64,000 nucleotides of DNA from Botryllus schlosseri. Lineage: Eukaryota. Positions 25,914-38,337 of this stretch are shown here, in pieces. A program made the translations under genes and the position numbers. The stretch covers positions 29,512,001 through 29,576,000 of the forward strand of contig CM119377.1 in the NCBI GenBank assembly GCA_051294905.1. The letters run 5' to 3'. Every line of letters starts with the position of its first letter. The stretch's first letter is position 1. The notes beneath the pieces are model-generated. The model did not search any database. It was not told the DNA's origin and was given only the letters and a program-made list of their open reading frames with translations.

Positions 25914-28900
25914 CTAAGACATAAGCAATCAAACTTCACAAACATATCCTCTACATTTACGTACATTCTTAGCGGAAAAGGTGTGTTTTTTTCACCCGTG
26001 CACCACCCCTGATATATGGAAGTGAATATGCACCCATGGTACACGAAACCAGAACCTACCTCAGACTTATACCGCGGTAAGAATCGAGTACAACATTTTA
26101 ATTCAAATTATGCAATGCATGCACTTAGGGTCGTAGGAAGTAGTGCGGAGCATGGACCGGAGCCGTATTGGATATCCGGCCGGATTTTTTCCATTTTGGT
26201 CGGACCGGGTCGGAGCCGGATCACGACTTCTTGGAGCCAAACATGGTCACTATACAGCAGTGCAGTATGCCTATTGCATACCCACTGCAATGTGTGATGC
26301 GTCAGTGAAGCGGGGTCAGGGGAGGCAGTGCCTCACCTATGTGTACTAGATTTCGACCATTTTTACTGTAAAAATCACGCAACTTGCCTATTTACTGTTT
26401 GAAAATAAAGCGTGAAAAGAGAGGTGAGGCATAGGTGACGCACGGCCGAGCCAGGCCAGGCCTTCCCTGTGGTAGCGCAATTCATCGTAACTATCATAGA
26501 ATTTATATTAACTGATATCAATCGAATTTAATTGTCGCGCTGATTCCGATTCGAATTCTCGATCCCCAAAGTATTCAGCAGTAACACCACGTTACGCCAC
26601 ACGCCTACTTGCTAACAGCGGCTATACAAAGTTATACGTTAGGAATCAAGAACGAGGATAGCTATGGCGTTGTTTGTAATTTGAAATTGTAATTGTGAGT
26701 GTCACTTCCACTGCAGTTCATTTCTGACCAATGCGTATCTGAAAACTGCATTTTGATACAGGCGGAAGATTTAATAACAAGTTGCTGCAATATTGGTAAA
26801 CTGAGCACAAAAATTAAAATTTCGCAAAGAGCCATATCTAATGCCCAAAAGAGACGTATATGGCTCGCGAGCCATATGTTCCCGACCACTGTACTGCATG
26901 TACCTTATAATCTACCACAAAGAATATAATGCCGGTCGTACACCATGTGAAGGTAATTTGTAGCCTTACAATTCATGTTTCATATGCTGGTATACGACCA
27001 ATCGAGGTTTACAGCCTTCCGCAGTGAAGAATAGTTTCGAAGCTATAATTCCCGTAGATAAATAACTTTTATAGTAGCATTCGTGGTATGATTCCAGCGC
27101 TCGGTAAAGTCACTTTTACTACTCGACTCGAATCATGACAACTAATACTTTTCATCATCATTTCATTAAAATTTTTATCAAATCAATGCACCACAAGATT
27201 CAGATTCGAATACTCAAATCAATGTTCCCAGCCCTATAGGCATCAGTAATGAAATACTTTGAAGTACTTCAAATAAATGTTTCCTATTCTCCCTACTTCC
27301 TCGACTACTTGTACTTGTAGCTGACAGTTTTCTGTTTTATTATGCAAAACTAGAGTTACTTGCAAATCTCTACTTCTACTTCTACCCGAGAACCAACCAT
27401 CTCTGTTATGTAATCTTGAACTAACAACATAAAATAGATGCACATTGTATTACAAAAAAAAACTCCGTCGATCTCTTAAAAACAGTGTATATCTCACCTT
27501 GTATAACTAATTCTCCTTGCCTTACTACGAGTCGTTCGTCTAGATGCCCCACTGGCATATGACAAGCCGAGGTTCCGTTCTTTTTCATAGATAATATCGT
27601 CCACGGCGATTTCAGCGAGGAATCCTTGCATGGTAACGATGCGGTGCTATCTGTAATAATTACACGGATAGAAATCACACAAATACACAGAACCCAATAA
27701 CGATTTTTTTGTGCAGGCAATTAAAACGGAAGTAGCCTACAATTGATACCTTTACTTGCGATTATGTTTTACGTTTCCTTTAGGTAGTTGCAAGAAAAAG
27801 CTACAAACGCCACCATATCAAATTTGTTTTCCGGATACAGCCCATGATTACTTTGCAGTTACCTCTAGTTTTGCCAGCAAAGAATGATCATTTCTAACGT
27901 GATCGTGAAATTGTTTACGCGAAATATCATTGAAATTATATACAACCTTCAAGATTCTCGAAACTGATCCAATTAATAAGCTGGCTTTTCGGAAATAACT
28001 ACGTCTCATCTAAAGGTTTTATTGAAAGAACAAGGAACTAACGAAAAAAGACGTCATTTTGTCGTCCTCGGACGACCATTCACTTTTCTTGAAAACAAGG
28101 ACAAATCCTTCTAAAAAGAGGTCTGATTTCAATCTTTCTGATTTTGAGAAGTTCATTCTGAACGTAATCGGCGGATGGTCAGAAACGAAGTAGTTAAACT
28201 TTTTTCCGATTACTCAAATATCAGCGGCCTCATTGCACTACTATTAAAATGGTTATGTCTTTAAGGTAGTTTCGCTTCTGCTCAACGGTTTTATAGGCAA
28301 ACTACTACCGTTTCACATTTGAAATTTTGCAAAGTAAGTAAAAGTTTCAGGATTTGCTTGCATGACTATTGTGAGTCAAATTACCATAACAACGGTCTAA
28401 GTAGTCACCGTCGATATTCAAGTAGAAGTAAAAAATGCCCCCCTGCATTTCTACTCAGTTAGAAGTAGAAGTAGTCGTATCGCCACATATGACGTCACAT
28501 GCATGGCATTTCGAATGATCGAGGCGAACAAATACGTCAATGTACTATTTTGTATCGTACGTGAACCCCTTCTGTTGGGTAGGTTGGCGTATTTTGATTA
28601 AAGTCAACACCAAAATACACAAACGCCAGAAAATACTGTCTCTCCCGACTTGTAATAGAGTTGATATGTACGTCTTACTCCCACTTCTACTCGATTACCA
28701 TCGTTGACTACTTCGATCTCCTCTGGGTATAAGCTATAGATAAGTTACATGCTGTCAGCATCGGAAAAAAACTTACTCGCCGTGACTTTGAGATGGCCGA
28801 CGTGGCTTGGCGATGCGCAAAGAAAAGCAGAATCAATTGTCGTCAGCGGTGAGTAACCATGGCTGCAATGGAACGATTCCAGGTATTGAGTATATTGATG

Positions 28901-31900
28901 ATCATTTCATAGCCCAGCATATTCCGCAAGCATTCACAGTACATTCTTTTTGCTTGATCGTCTTGTAACCAGATTTATAGTTCTCATTGTGCATGTTCAA
29001 ATGTATAACTAACGACCAATAAAAATGCAACCAATTAACTAAAACAAAACTAACTGAAAATAGACAATACGAATCACTGAATTGCAAATGAGCTGGGAAA
29101 TATTAGATATAGAATCGGTAATTCAAAAGGCTAGGGTTTCTAGTTTGAAAAGGGAAGGTTTCGACCCCCAAATCCACCCCTTGCTACGCCCCATTAGTGG
29201 CGACGACTCTGAGACAGGAATGGCTGTAAGAACACCACACAACAGTACATCGGTATCACGAACCACGCGAAACGTGTCTTCCAGTTGTTCGGGAACTATA
29301 TTTTCCTTTACAATGCGCAAATAAAACTAACTAGAACTGCTAACTTCTCAAAATTTGCTACTAAAAATTCAGTAGTTAGATATTGTAATCATCATTTTAT
29401 TAAAATTGTAATCGAATCAATACACTGCAAGATTGCGATATAATGAAAAGATAAGAGATTGCCGAAACGACCTGGAGTAGACTTCTAATCAGACACCCAC
29501 CTTTGGTCAACAGCATGTAAATACAAAGCATGCCTACTGTATATAAGAAACGATAACGTAAAAGTAAGGGACTAAAATGAATGCGCATGTGTCGGTATGC
29601 GAGGTCGATATGATATGTTAGACCAGAGGTGTCAAACATACGGCCCGCCAGATGATTTCATCTGGCCCGTGAAGCAATCTGAGTAGATTGAAAGATGCTT
29701 TATATCCAACACATAGGCTATGCAACAAATGTTGGGATGTTTTGAAGAAAACACTTCCATTAAATAATCTCTCAAGAAAGCAATAAATGTTGAGTATGTT
29801 CATACGCCCCATTATAACCACCCGACTCTGGTGTTGTGGTTTCACTCCAGTTCGAGTTACCACTATAGGAACAAGTCGGTCACAGACACCCAATTGGAGA
29901 AGAAAAAAAGTGCACGTTGAGTCCAGAGTTTTCTGGGGAAATGGAACAATAAGCATAGTTATTCACACAAGCGAAAACGCCAATGTCGAACCATTACATG
30001 CAGTTTACATGGAGAATATATTTTTTACACAAAAATATCATTCAAATATCTGTGGTCACACTGCTGTGTCACTTCCAACTCAAAAGGTCCTCAGAATTCA
30101 GAGAAACCTGAATCGCGATTTAATAATAGTGAACCAAATTGAAACGTCCGAGTTTACAGTTGAATCTCATGTGATCCTCACAACGCACACACATGGCTAA
30201 CGCCACGTTACGGCTAAAGTAAAGGTAACATAGAGTTAAGCCGAGTTATATAATGGTCACCGCCACTGTTTTAGGGGTTCATAAACACAAGGTCAATCAA
30301 GGAATTTTAACCAATTCCATTGCTCGCGAATAAAAGCCCTTCTCCTATGGTCCGTGATATGACTGTTTAAAGTTGATAGTGTTGGATTGAAAAGCAGGGG
30401 AATTAGGTAAAATTTTCGAATCAGTTGACTGGTGCAGCCCGCGAACGATTTGAAGGTGTGAATCCGACCCGCGACGTAATTTGAGTTTGACACCTCTGTG
30501 TTAGACTGCGGTTTGATAATCTGGAGGGCTGACTAGTATTCATCGTTGTCATATAGGTAGTCAACTGTCAACTAGCCATATTGGTAGTTTGTACGAGTCT
30601 GTCAGGGATATTCCACTGGTATCTGGTAGTACATTATGTTCGCTGTATATTGTTCAGTATAATATAGCCTCGCTACCCAAGTAGACCAATCCATGCAAAA
30701 TATGTTGACCGTTGGACAATGGGCACGTCAGAGATACACGATTTTCATTCAAAGTTGGGCCTATTTCTCTCTCGACTCTACTAATTTACCTGTCATTTCG
30801 GAGAATAGCAAGCAGTAACTGACAATTTGAAACATAATCATGAATAACCTGAATAAATTGCAACTCACCAACACCGAATATTGACCATGTTGTGAAATTC
30901 TCTGCGCGTTTTGGCTAATGTATTCAACCACTTTCTGTATTCGCACGTGCGAAAGTCGCATATCCAAGGATTATGGCTCATGGAGAAGTGCCGTAAAGTA
31001 CTGTTGATCGAACGAAACCAGTCCACGCTTGCGTTATTCAAATAATTATGCTAAACGTACAATGGGAATGGTATCAAGGTAAGTATATGACATAATATGT
31101 TACTAGAAATGAATGATAATACACTTACATCGATAGTCAACCATTGAATCGCGCGTAACTTGTTGAAGGAATGCTTGTGAATCAAAGTAAGACTGTTTTG
31201 TTCCAAATGTAACTCCTAAAACAGAAGTGTCAGATCATATCAGAATGTTCAGAACATGTTGCATATGTGTGCATCTGTTGTATATATATTTGTATGTTCA
31301 GAATATTGAACGTGATTTTGTGACAATTGGATTCCCCGTGAGGTATATTCGTAGATATATGCTTTATGCAGAGTTGGACGGCCAGAAACTATACAGCATT
31401 TCCAAATTAGAATTAGAATTAGAATTAAGCTACCCAGTTTTTCCAAATTAGAACAGAATTAGGATTATAGCTACAATTTTTTTTCTAAATTAGAATAAAT
31501 AAATTCGCGAAAACTTTGAAACTGAATCAACCCCAGTTCATGTCACATCATAGATCATTATCATAAGCATGAGAATGGCATATGACTGTCCAGCAAGCTT
31601 GGCTCGTTTCCCGCGATACAGTTCTCCCGTAGCATTTTCAGAAAACCAGAAATATTATTAAAATTAAAATGAGAGCAATGAAATATTCCGCAAATTATAA
31701 TAGAACTAGATTACTGGCATTTTATTCTAATTACTAAAATAAGACAATTATAATTATCTAGTGTGGCTAGTATTCTACGTCGCTACTCAAGTCTTACATT
31801 TGTACTCAATTAGAAGTATAGCAGGAGCAAGCCGTAGAAGTAGGTAGAACTTCATTGAGTACTCAGAAGATGTATAGCAATGCTTCGTTACTGACCCCCT

Positions 31901-33980
31901 CTGCGGGTTTAGTAATAATTTCATCACCAGATGACCCGGAGGTGTAATCTCTCGATACCACATTGTAATGACACATACTTACCTTCAAGTTGATTAGATT
32001 GTCGAAGACATCACGAGGAATCTTTCGGATCTTATTGAACTCGAGATGCAAATGAAGTAAAGTTTTCAAATCGCTTCCAAAAATTTGTCGCGTGATAGAC
32101 GTTAGGTTGTTGTGAGCGAGATTAAGATAAACCAGATGCTTCAATCCCCTGAACAAAATTTCAAGAATATTAGCCGTTATAATCAAGATATTCGGTTATA
32201 AATAAAGGTGGTGCATTCTATAATAACTGGCAATTATCTGAAAACGGAAGCAGGAAACAATATTAAAATCAGTGAGGTTCAGACGTGGTCCCTAACGCAG
32301 TACTTCTACTGGTTCCGAGTACTCGAACAGTACTATTTTCTTGCACCATTTACTCAAGTGGCTAAAGACTGATTGTACTTCTACTTGAATAGTTTAACGC
32401 AAAACTACTTACTTGAAACACTTTGGATTTTGTAACGTAGAAAGCAATTTTAGGATATCATTGGATCACTTCTATGAGAGAAATTACCGTCACGAATACA
32501 CCATATTTACGTTGTACCGCACGGGCATTTGATATATATTTGAGAATCGCGTCAATTACTATAGTTTCATAGGTAATTATGCGTTGGTCGCGAACATGAA
32601 TAATGCAATATCTAGAAATGGCCACTGATTGAGTGTTAAAAATACTTTTGAAAACTAATTATTTAGTACTTTTCACAACTTTTATTTTCTACGTACACTT
32701 GAGCAGTTTCGACATGTCTTAGATATCACTACTTGTACATGGAATTGAGTCGAATTTTACTGAGTTACTTCTCCTCCTACTTGAGTGACTATATTGTCCA
32801 CCTCTGGTTGTACATGCCAAAAATACCTAGGCAGAAATGCTCGCATTCTTAGTGGTAGCCCTGATATACCTTCCCTGCGTACCATGTGACCAAGCCCAAT
32901 AGCAATAATCTGTGGACCTACGAGAATGAGCTGTTGCTCAGAGCCCGAAGATGATTGCTTGCGATCGTTAAATTGTGTAATGAAGGAAGTGCTCGAAAGT
33001 TGGTGTCTTTGATTGCTGTGATCATATTGCTGTCCAGCAGCAATTTGGTAATAGTCGCGTTTGGGTGCCATTCTGCAATAAAACACAGAACAAAAATCAA
33101 TTATAGGCGTAGAAAAGTATGATCAGTCTACAAGGTAACAGACTTGTACAAACTACTGCATTTTCAAAATACGCAACTAGAACTGGAACTACTATTAACT
33201 GGATTCAATTACGACGCAACTCATTCATTTTGATTTTATCGAAATCGGATAGCCTTTTTTGCAAATGAGCTATGACATATTGGGGATAGAATCGGCATTT
33301 CAAAATGACGGAGTTACGAGTTTAAATGGTAAGGGTCTCGACACCCAAAACTCTACCACTCGCTACGCCACTGTCGGTAGTGATGGCATCGCAAAACAGA
33401 ACGCTGTTATCACGATTACGCCAAACGACGACGCATGTATTCTAGTTGTTCGGCAACTCGATTTTTTTAAATGCACAACCTTAGAAATAAATAGAAATAG
33501 AACTATTTACTCCCTTTTCAATTCAAAATGAGCCAACTATTCAGACCTTAACCTTTTCTTACCACACGAAGTAATTTCCTAAAGGTATGGGTAATGGCTC
33601 CTTCCACTGTTTCCTTCTACTGCGTATTCTTTATACATTAGATTAGATTATATCCTTGACAAATCTCTTTCCAGATTAACACTACTTGCACTTGAGTAGA
33701 AATGCAACACGATACTTCTGCTACTATTTGAGTACAGGTACATCATCATTTTTATACAAATGTTAGTTTAGTATCACAGCCTACGCTATACGGTATGAAT
33801 TTGCAATTCCGCACCTGGGACGCTTTTCAAATTCTTGTGCGAGCAAACGATCAGCTTGGCTTCTATCGTGCAATGTCGGTGATGTGATTCGCCTTTTGAC
33901 GCTTCGCAAATCTGCCATATCGTCCACAAAATCTGAACACACGAGACTGTAAACAAAAATGCCTCTGGCTTGGGAATCAT
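25657..33980 (-). CDS. LRR + Ig-domain single-pass membrane receptor (LIG family; AMIGO/Kekkon-like architecture), 415 aa, 8 exons
   Basis: Exons (-) 33980-33815, 33072-32922, 32148-31983, 31215-31129, 31050-30869, 28862-28777, 27650-27498, 25913-25657 sum to 1248 nt with consistent phases. Signal peptide, LRRNT (HC..EAKLIVCSHKNLKSVP), six LxxLxLxxN repeats, LRRCT (NPWICD), Ig strands (ASLPC...W...GELVI...SGRYCC), TM, short tail. An in-frame upstream ATG at 34028 makes the start uncertain. Confidence 0.88.
27498..27650 (-). CDS. LRR-Ig receptor exon 7 (Ig domain, N-terminal part)
   Basis: attattacAG|STASLPCKDSSLKSPWTILSMKKNG...VRQGELVIQ+g|gtgaga. Confidence 0.85.
28777..28862 (-). CDS. LRR-Ig receptor exon 6 (end of LRRCT)
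   Basis: cattgcAG|HGYSPLTTIDSAFLCASPSHVGHLKVTA+a|gtaagt; phases fit both neighbours. Confidence 0.75.
29624..30498. mobile_element. hAT-type MITE in an LRR-receptor intron
   Basis: TIR CAGAGGTGTCAAAC; perfect TSD TGTTAGAC. Confidence 0.92.
30869..31050 (-). CDS. LRR-Ig receptor exon 5 (LRRCT)
   Basis: cgtttAG|HNYLNNASVDWF...FSMSHNPWICDFRTCEYRKWL...NIRC+tg|gtgagt. Confidence 0.9.
31129..31215 (-). CDS. LRR-Ig receptor exon 4 (LRR5-6)
   Basis: ctgttttAG|ELHLEQNSLTLIHKHSFNKLRAIQWLTID|gtaagt. Confidence 0.9.
31983..32148 (-). CDS. LRR-Ig receptor exon 3 (LRR3-4)
   Basis: ttgttcAG|GLKHLVYLNLAHNNLTSITRQIFGSDLKTLLHLHLEFNKIRKIPRDVFDNLINLK|gtaagt. Confidence 0.92.
32922..33072 (-). CDS. LRR-Ig receptor exon 2 (LRR1-2)
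   Basis: ttattgcAG|WHPNATITKLLLDSNMITAIKDTNFRALPSLHNLTIASNHLRALSNSSF+tc|gtaggt. Confidence 0.88.
33815..33980 (-). CDS. LRR-Ig receptor exon 1 (signal peptide, LRRNT)
   Basis: MIPKPEAFLFTVSCVQILWTIWQICEA...CSHKNLKSVP+g|gtgcgg. Confidence 0.8.
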
Positions 33981-35059
33981 GAGCAGTTGCGGTTGGACGA
34001 GCGATGCTTGAAACTGCATTTGATACATATAATTGTCTTATCAAGGGAATATCAAATAGACAGCAAATATTACTTTTCATTCCATATATGTCTCATCTTT
34101 ACACCCAGATGGGTGGCTAATTTCAAAGACTGCTCCAGGCCGTTTCTTCAGCTTCCTATCTTTTCATTTTATCGGAATCTTGTGGTGAAAATTGTGAACA
34201 GTAAACCGAACTGGCATATTTGTTCTCGGCGAATCTGAGGATCCCACTAACTGTAGCCTACTTTATTTTACACTGTGTAGAAGAATTGATTTGTATCCCG
34301 AAACTGTTATGATTTCAACGTTGCTCAATGCTCAATTGCTCAATGCTCATACTTTCATGTAAGCCTTAGTTTAGGATATGTCTCGATGTTTTTGGGTTTT
34401 ACCCAGGCTCCAAGCATGTTGATTTTTGACATTTGAGGAACCAGCGCTGCTATAACTGCCCATAATAAGGAATCCAATTTTCAAATTGATAGAACATCAA
34501 GTTTGTAAAATATTCGTATCTTTGGCCATATCTTTGCCATGTTCATTGTTCACGTTTGTCAGGCTTGATCACGAACAAGATTTCGCCGATAGAAAACGAA
34601 AACTTTACACAAAGTTAATTTTCTCAAAAATGGGCATAAGCTACTTTGATTCCTCAGCGACGATATGTCTTCAGTGAGTGATCAAATAAACTATAGAATT
34701 TTTATTTATAATCCCAATTTTACTGAAGTGCGAACCACGAATGAGCTCAGATGTTGATTGCGGTCCTCGATCTAGAAAATGCCTCATCAAACAGCCAGTA
34801 CCGAATAATAATCCATACAGAAATAAGCTTACACGATTTAACGCTTACAATCAAGCAATAAGTAAACACTGTCAGCAACGTAATCGAGACAAGCTTGAGG
34901 GAATCGTGGAAACCTCAAGCCTGTAAAAGAAGAATTTACGGTTTCAAAATCGTCACAGGCGCGGTATTCCAACCGCACCTCTGTAGGCCTGCACGCCCAC
35001 GTTATAAGAGATACGTTGACTTGTCAATATCTCTCTAATCCATCCAGTATAGCCTACAC

Positions 35060-35932
35060 CAGGGGCGGGCAACTTCTCCACTCGGCGGGCCGGATAGGGG
35101 AACATGAAGATAAGGCGGGCCGAATTCCTGAAATTTTTTATGAGTTGTGGGAACTCCCCCCGTGGGAACGCGCCACAGATCTGTCCATCCTACCCTTTGC
35201 ACATGCAATTCAGAGACGCACACATTCTATAGCAGATGCGAACTATATCTGGTATTAGGCGACCAACTCACGGTCCAGCCTAAATCAGTGATATGAATGT
35301 GCTAGAAAATCAGCGTGTAGGTGGCTTCCAGTCGCGCGAAGCGCGAAAATTTTTTGAATAAATGAATGAATCTGATCAATGATATGGGTGCTTGTATAAG
35401 CAAGTGGTTTTGTCGAAAATTTACGGCACGTAGTTATAATTTGGAGCATTGATCATGCCATAAGAACATTGTCGCAGATTATTCACTTCGGGCGGGTTCA
35501 TTCTTATTTAATAATTCATTCAAGAATCCTGCAACCCCACGGCCTCGGGCGATTCTGGTGTATCTATGATACTGTATTCCCACAATCAAGACACGTATAC
35601 GTAATAACACTAAATCGCGCGAAGCGCGCAAATTTTTTTAGTTTGAATCCATTTGCCCGAAAATATTATACTATTTATAGATATTACGAATATCCTCGAA
35701 AAAAGTGGGTATGGCATGGCCCAATTCGTCCCTGGCTACGCCAATGCGGTGGACATCAGTTGTATTGGAACGTCGCTTTGTTTTGGTAATGTTGATGGTC
35801 GAAAATGTTTGTGCCCTATAGACGCGGCGACGCGGGCCACATCATCACGTATGACCGAAAACTGTCGGCGGGCCGCACAAAATCCCGTCACGGGCCGGAT
35901 CCGGCCCGCGGACCGTATGTTGCCCGCCCCTG
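35060..35932. mobile_element. hAT-type MITE
   Basis: TIR CAGGGGCGGGCAAC; perfect TSD GCCTACAC. Confidence 0.92.
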
Positions 35933-36649
35933 GCCTACACCTTGTTTAAGATTGTGGGAATCAGACTGGGTTGGACAACTAGAGAGAGAGAGAGAGTCTT
36001 TATTTATCAATTTGTGAAACGTTTTACGCTCTCATTTGAATCCTGGTGTAATTTCTGGTTATCCTGAAAATGCATCAGAACTGTATAGTGCGAAACGAGC
36101 CAAGTTTGCTGTACAGATATTTGCCATTCTCGTGCTTATGAGGATCAGCTCTGATTTAATATTAACTTACCTGTGAGTTGTATTTCTTTGTGGTTCGAAA
36201 TTTAATTCAATTTCACGTCTAATCCAAGTTAAAAAGAAAATGTGTCGAGTCGAATCTGATTTGGAACAGCAGAAAATTTTCTCGTCCGACGCTGATTACA
36301 TTTTTGCCACGCCTCGTTTCCGCCCAATTACCATGTTTTCTTGGACAATCTACGTCTAGTTGCTGTGTCTACTGTCTATACAGCGATTGATTATTATCAA
36401 ATATGATTACCTGAATAAAGTAGTTATTCCATATGAAATCCATCTCGGCTTTTATCTTCCACAATTCACAGTAGAGCTCATTTCAGTTACGACTCAACAC
36501 GAATACGCCTACAAGCAGACATCTCTCTCAGCAATTTCAATTGTCATTCCATATTCGCCCGAGGCTGTTCTAACCGCCTCCGAAACACGGGCGCTTTTGC
36601 GAAGATTTCTTGGCGGCGATTTGATTAATATGTAATTAAATGTAATTTG

Positions 36650-37200
36650 AGATTAAAGAATTGTGATGCCTCTACCGAACGCCTGTCCTTTGTACTTCAT
36701 TAGTGGTTGAAGATTGAAACTTCTGGTAGTAAGTATCGCATTACCGGTCAATTCATGAGAAGGTATGGTTTCCACAACGCGAGATAGCAGTCTGATATTA
36801 GCTTCGTACTTCGTCTGGAAACGTATTGTTATCTCGTAAGATCACGTTTCCCGAACATACCGTTCAAGATATCCCAGTTTTGTAAGGGAATCATTCGGAT
36901 ACTCAGTGCGTTACGAGGCTATATCCTGAATGACAGCTCTATGTAAGCGAAGGAGTCGAAACGACTTGGTCAACTCGATGTCCTCAACACTATTAATGCT
37001 CTACTAAATGCTCGTGCAATTCATTGATTATACTGAGAAGTCGAACCTGATCCAAAAGTTAGGCCAACCATGAACGATATTTGGCATAATCTTGCGATGT
37101 GCTATACCCACCATAATAATAAAGCAGGTAGTCAAAGCAGTACGTATGCTCATTGCACAAGACACAAGTAAAATCCAAAGCTCTTCTGAGTAGCCATCGT
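36650..37200 (-). pseudogene. Possible decayed coding segment of unknown family
   Basis: About 180 codons readable with three stops and one frameshift (WLLRRALDFTCVLCNEHTYCFDYLLYYYGGY...TGNAILTTRSFNLQPLMKYKGQAFGRG). No family recognised. Confidence 0.3.
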
Positions 37201-38237
37201 AGCTACTCAGTAAAAGTACCAATTTTAAATAACATAAAATGTAGGTATTCTAGGTCTAGCTTTGCCTAAAAAAGGAAGACTCTGCGTATTTGCAGAAGTC
37301 TAAAATCATAGCTGCATATGTAGGTAGTGCGCAAGTAGGCAAAAACTACTTGATTACATCGAAAAAGTGGAATTCTCGTGCATTTTCCGGTCCTGGCAAA
37401 ATCTTGAATTTCTCACCGATTCCAAAGGTATTAAAAACATGCGAATTCATGTTAACGATTCGTATTTACCGAGATTTGCCTTGTAGTTTTCGCCCAACAA
37501 CAATACGCCCAAGGCGTCATAAACACGGCGACGACCAACAAGCACTCATGGACGTAAGTTGTTGTTTACGTTTATGCTGGTCTTTGTTCAGAACTGTATC
37601 TCGACAAGACTTAGACCTTGCTTAACGCTACATGTTCAAAGATGTGTTGACTTTGAATCAATTTCAAATTGGACCAAGTGGCGTGGCTACGACTAGACCC
37701 ATAACATATAGTGGTTTGACATCATTAAAATCCCCTGTGGTATTGCAGGCTGTTCGACATATTCTAGCAACTGCGAAATTATTATTTAGACTTTAATTTT
37801 CATTCAGCATGCCTCTTATTTACGTCGCTTAGGCCAAGGTGATTGTCTGATTTCAAAGACTATTCCAAGTCGTTACGAGACCTTCCTATCTTTTCATCTT
37901 ATCGCAGTCTTGAGGTGTTTTGAGATGATAAGATCAATATTAAAGTGATACTGAACAAATTACAAAATACTCCTCAAACATTACCCTATTCCTCAACACA
38001 GCAGATATAGGCTGCACGATGGCACACATTTTCTTGCATATTTGTACACACACGCACCGGTATTGACGAATAGCCGTTACATATCTACGTTTGAATACTG
38101 AGCGATATTATTGAATTTTGCAAAGGAGATTTTCATCATTCACACGTCCATCATGAATATCACGACATCTGGATAAAAACTGCATGTGAAAAACTGTAAT
38201 TGCTAATCAGAAAGCCTGATTAGCAATCAAGCAAGGG

Positions 38238-38337
38238 TCAAGTTCTATGTTGGTATCTGCCTGGCATGGAGCCGCCGTATCCCGGTGGGTAGCGTGGTCG
38301 TGGCATCATATGCGGCCTTACTCCTGGCATTCTCATT
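38238..38337 (-). CDS. Terminal exon of the HYR/CCP receptor
   Basis: cactttcAG|MRMPGVRPHMMPRPRYPPGYGGSMPGRYQHRT*; phase 2 matches the previous exon. Confidence 0.75.

Noticed and set aside
32757-33086. 109-aa ORF overlapping LRR exon 2
   Set aside because: Alternative frame with no motif. The LRR frame splices cleanly to give NSSFSGLKHL.
29082-33531. Two similar ORFs (29082-29324 and 33259-33531, MQMS..IL.IES..Q) suggesting a small gene family
   Set aside because: Both lie antisense in LRR-receptor introns over the end of a dispersed repeat. The similarity is nucleotide-level repeat homology.
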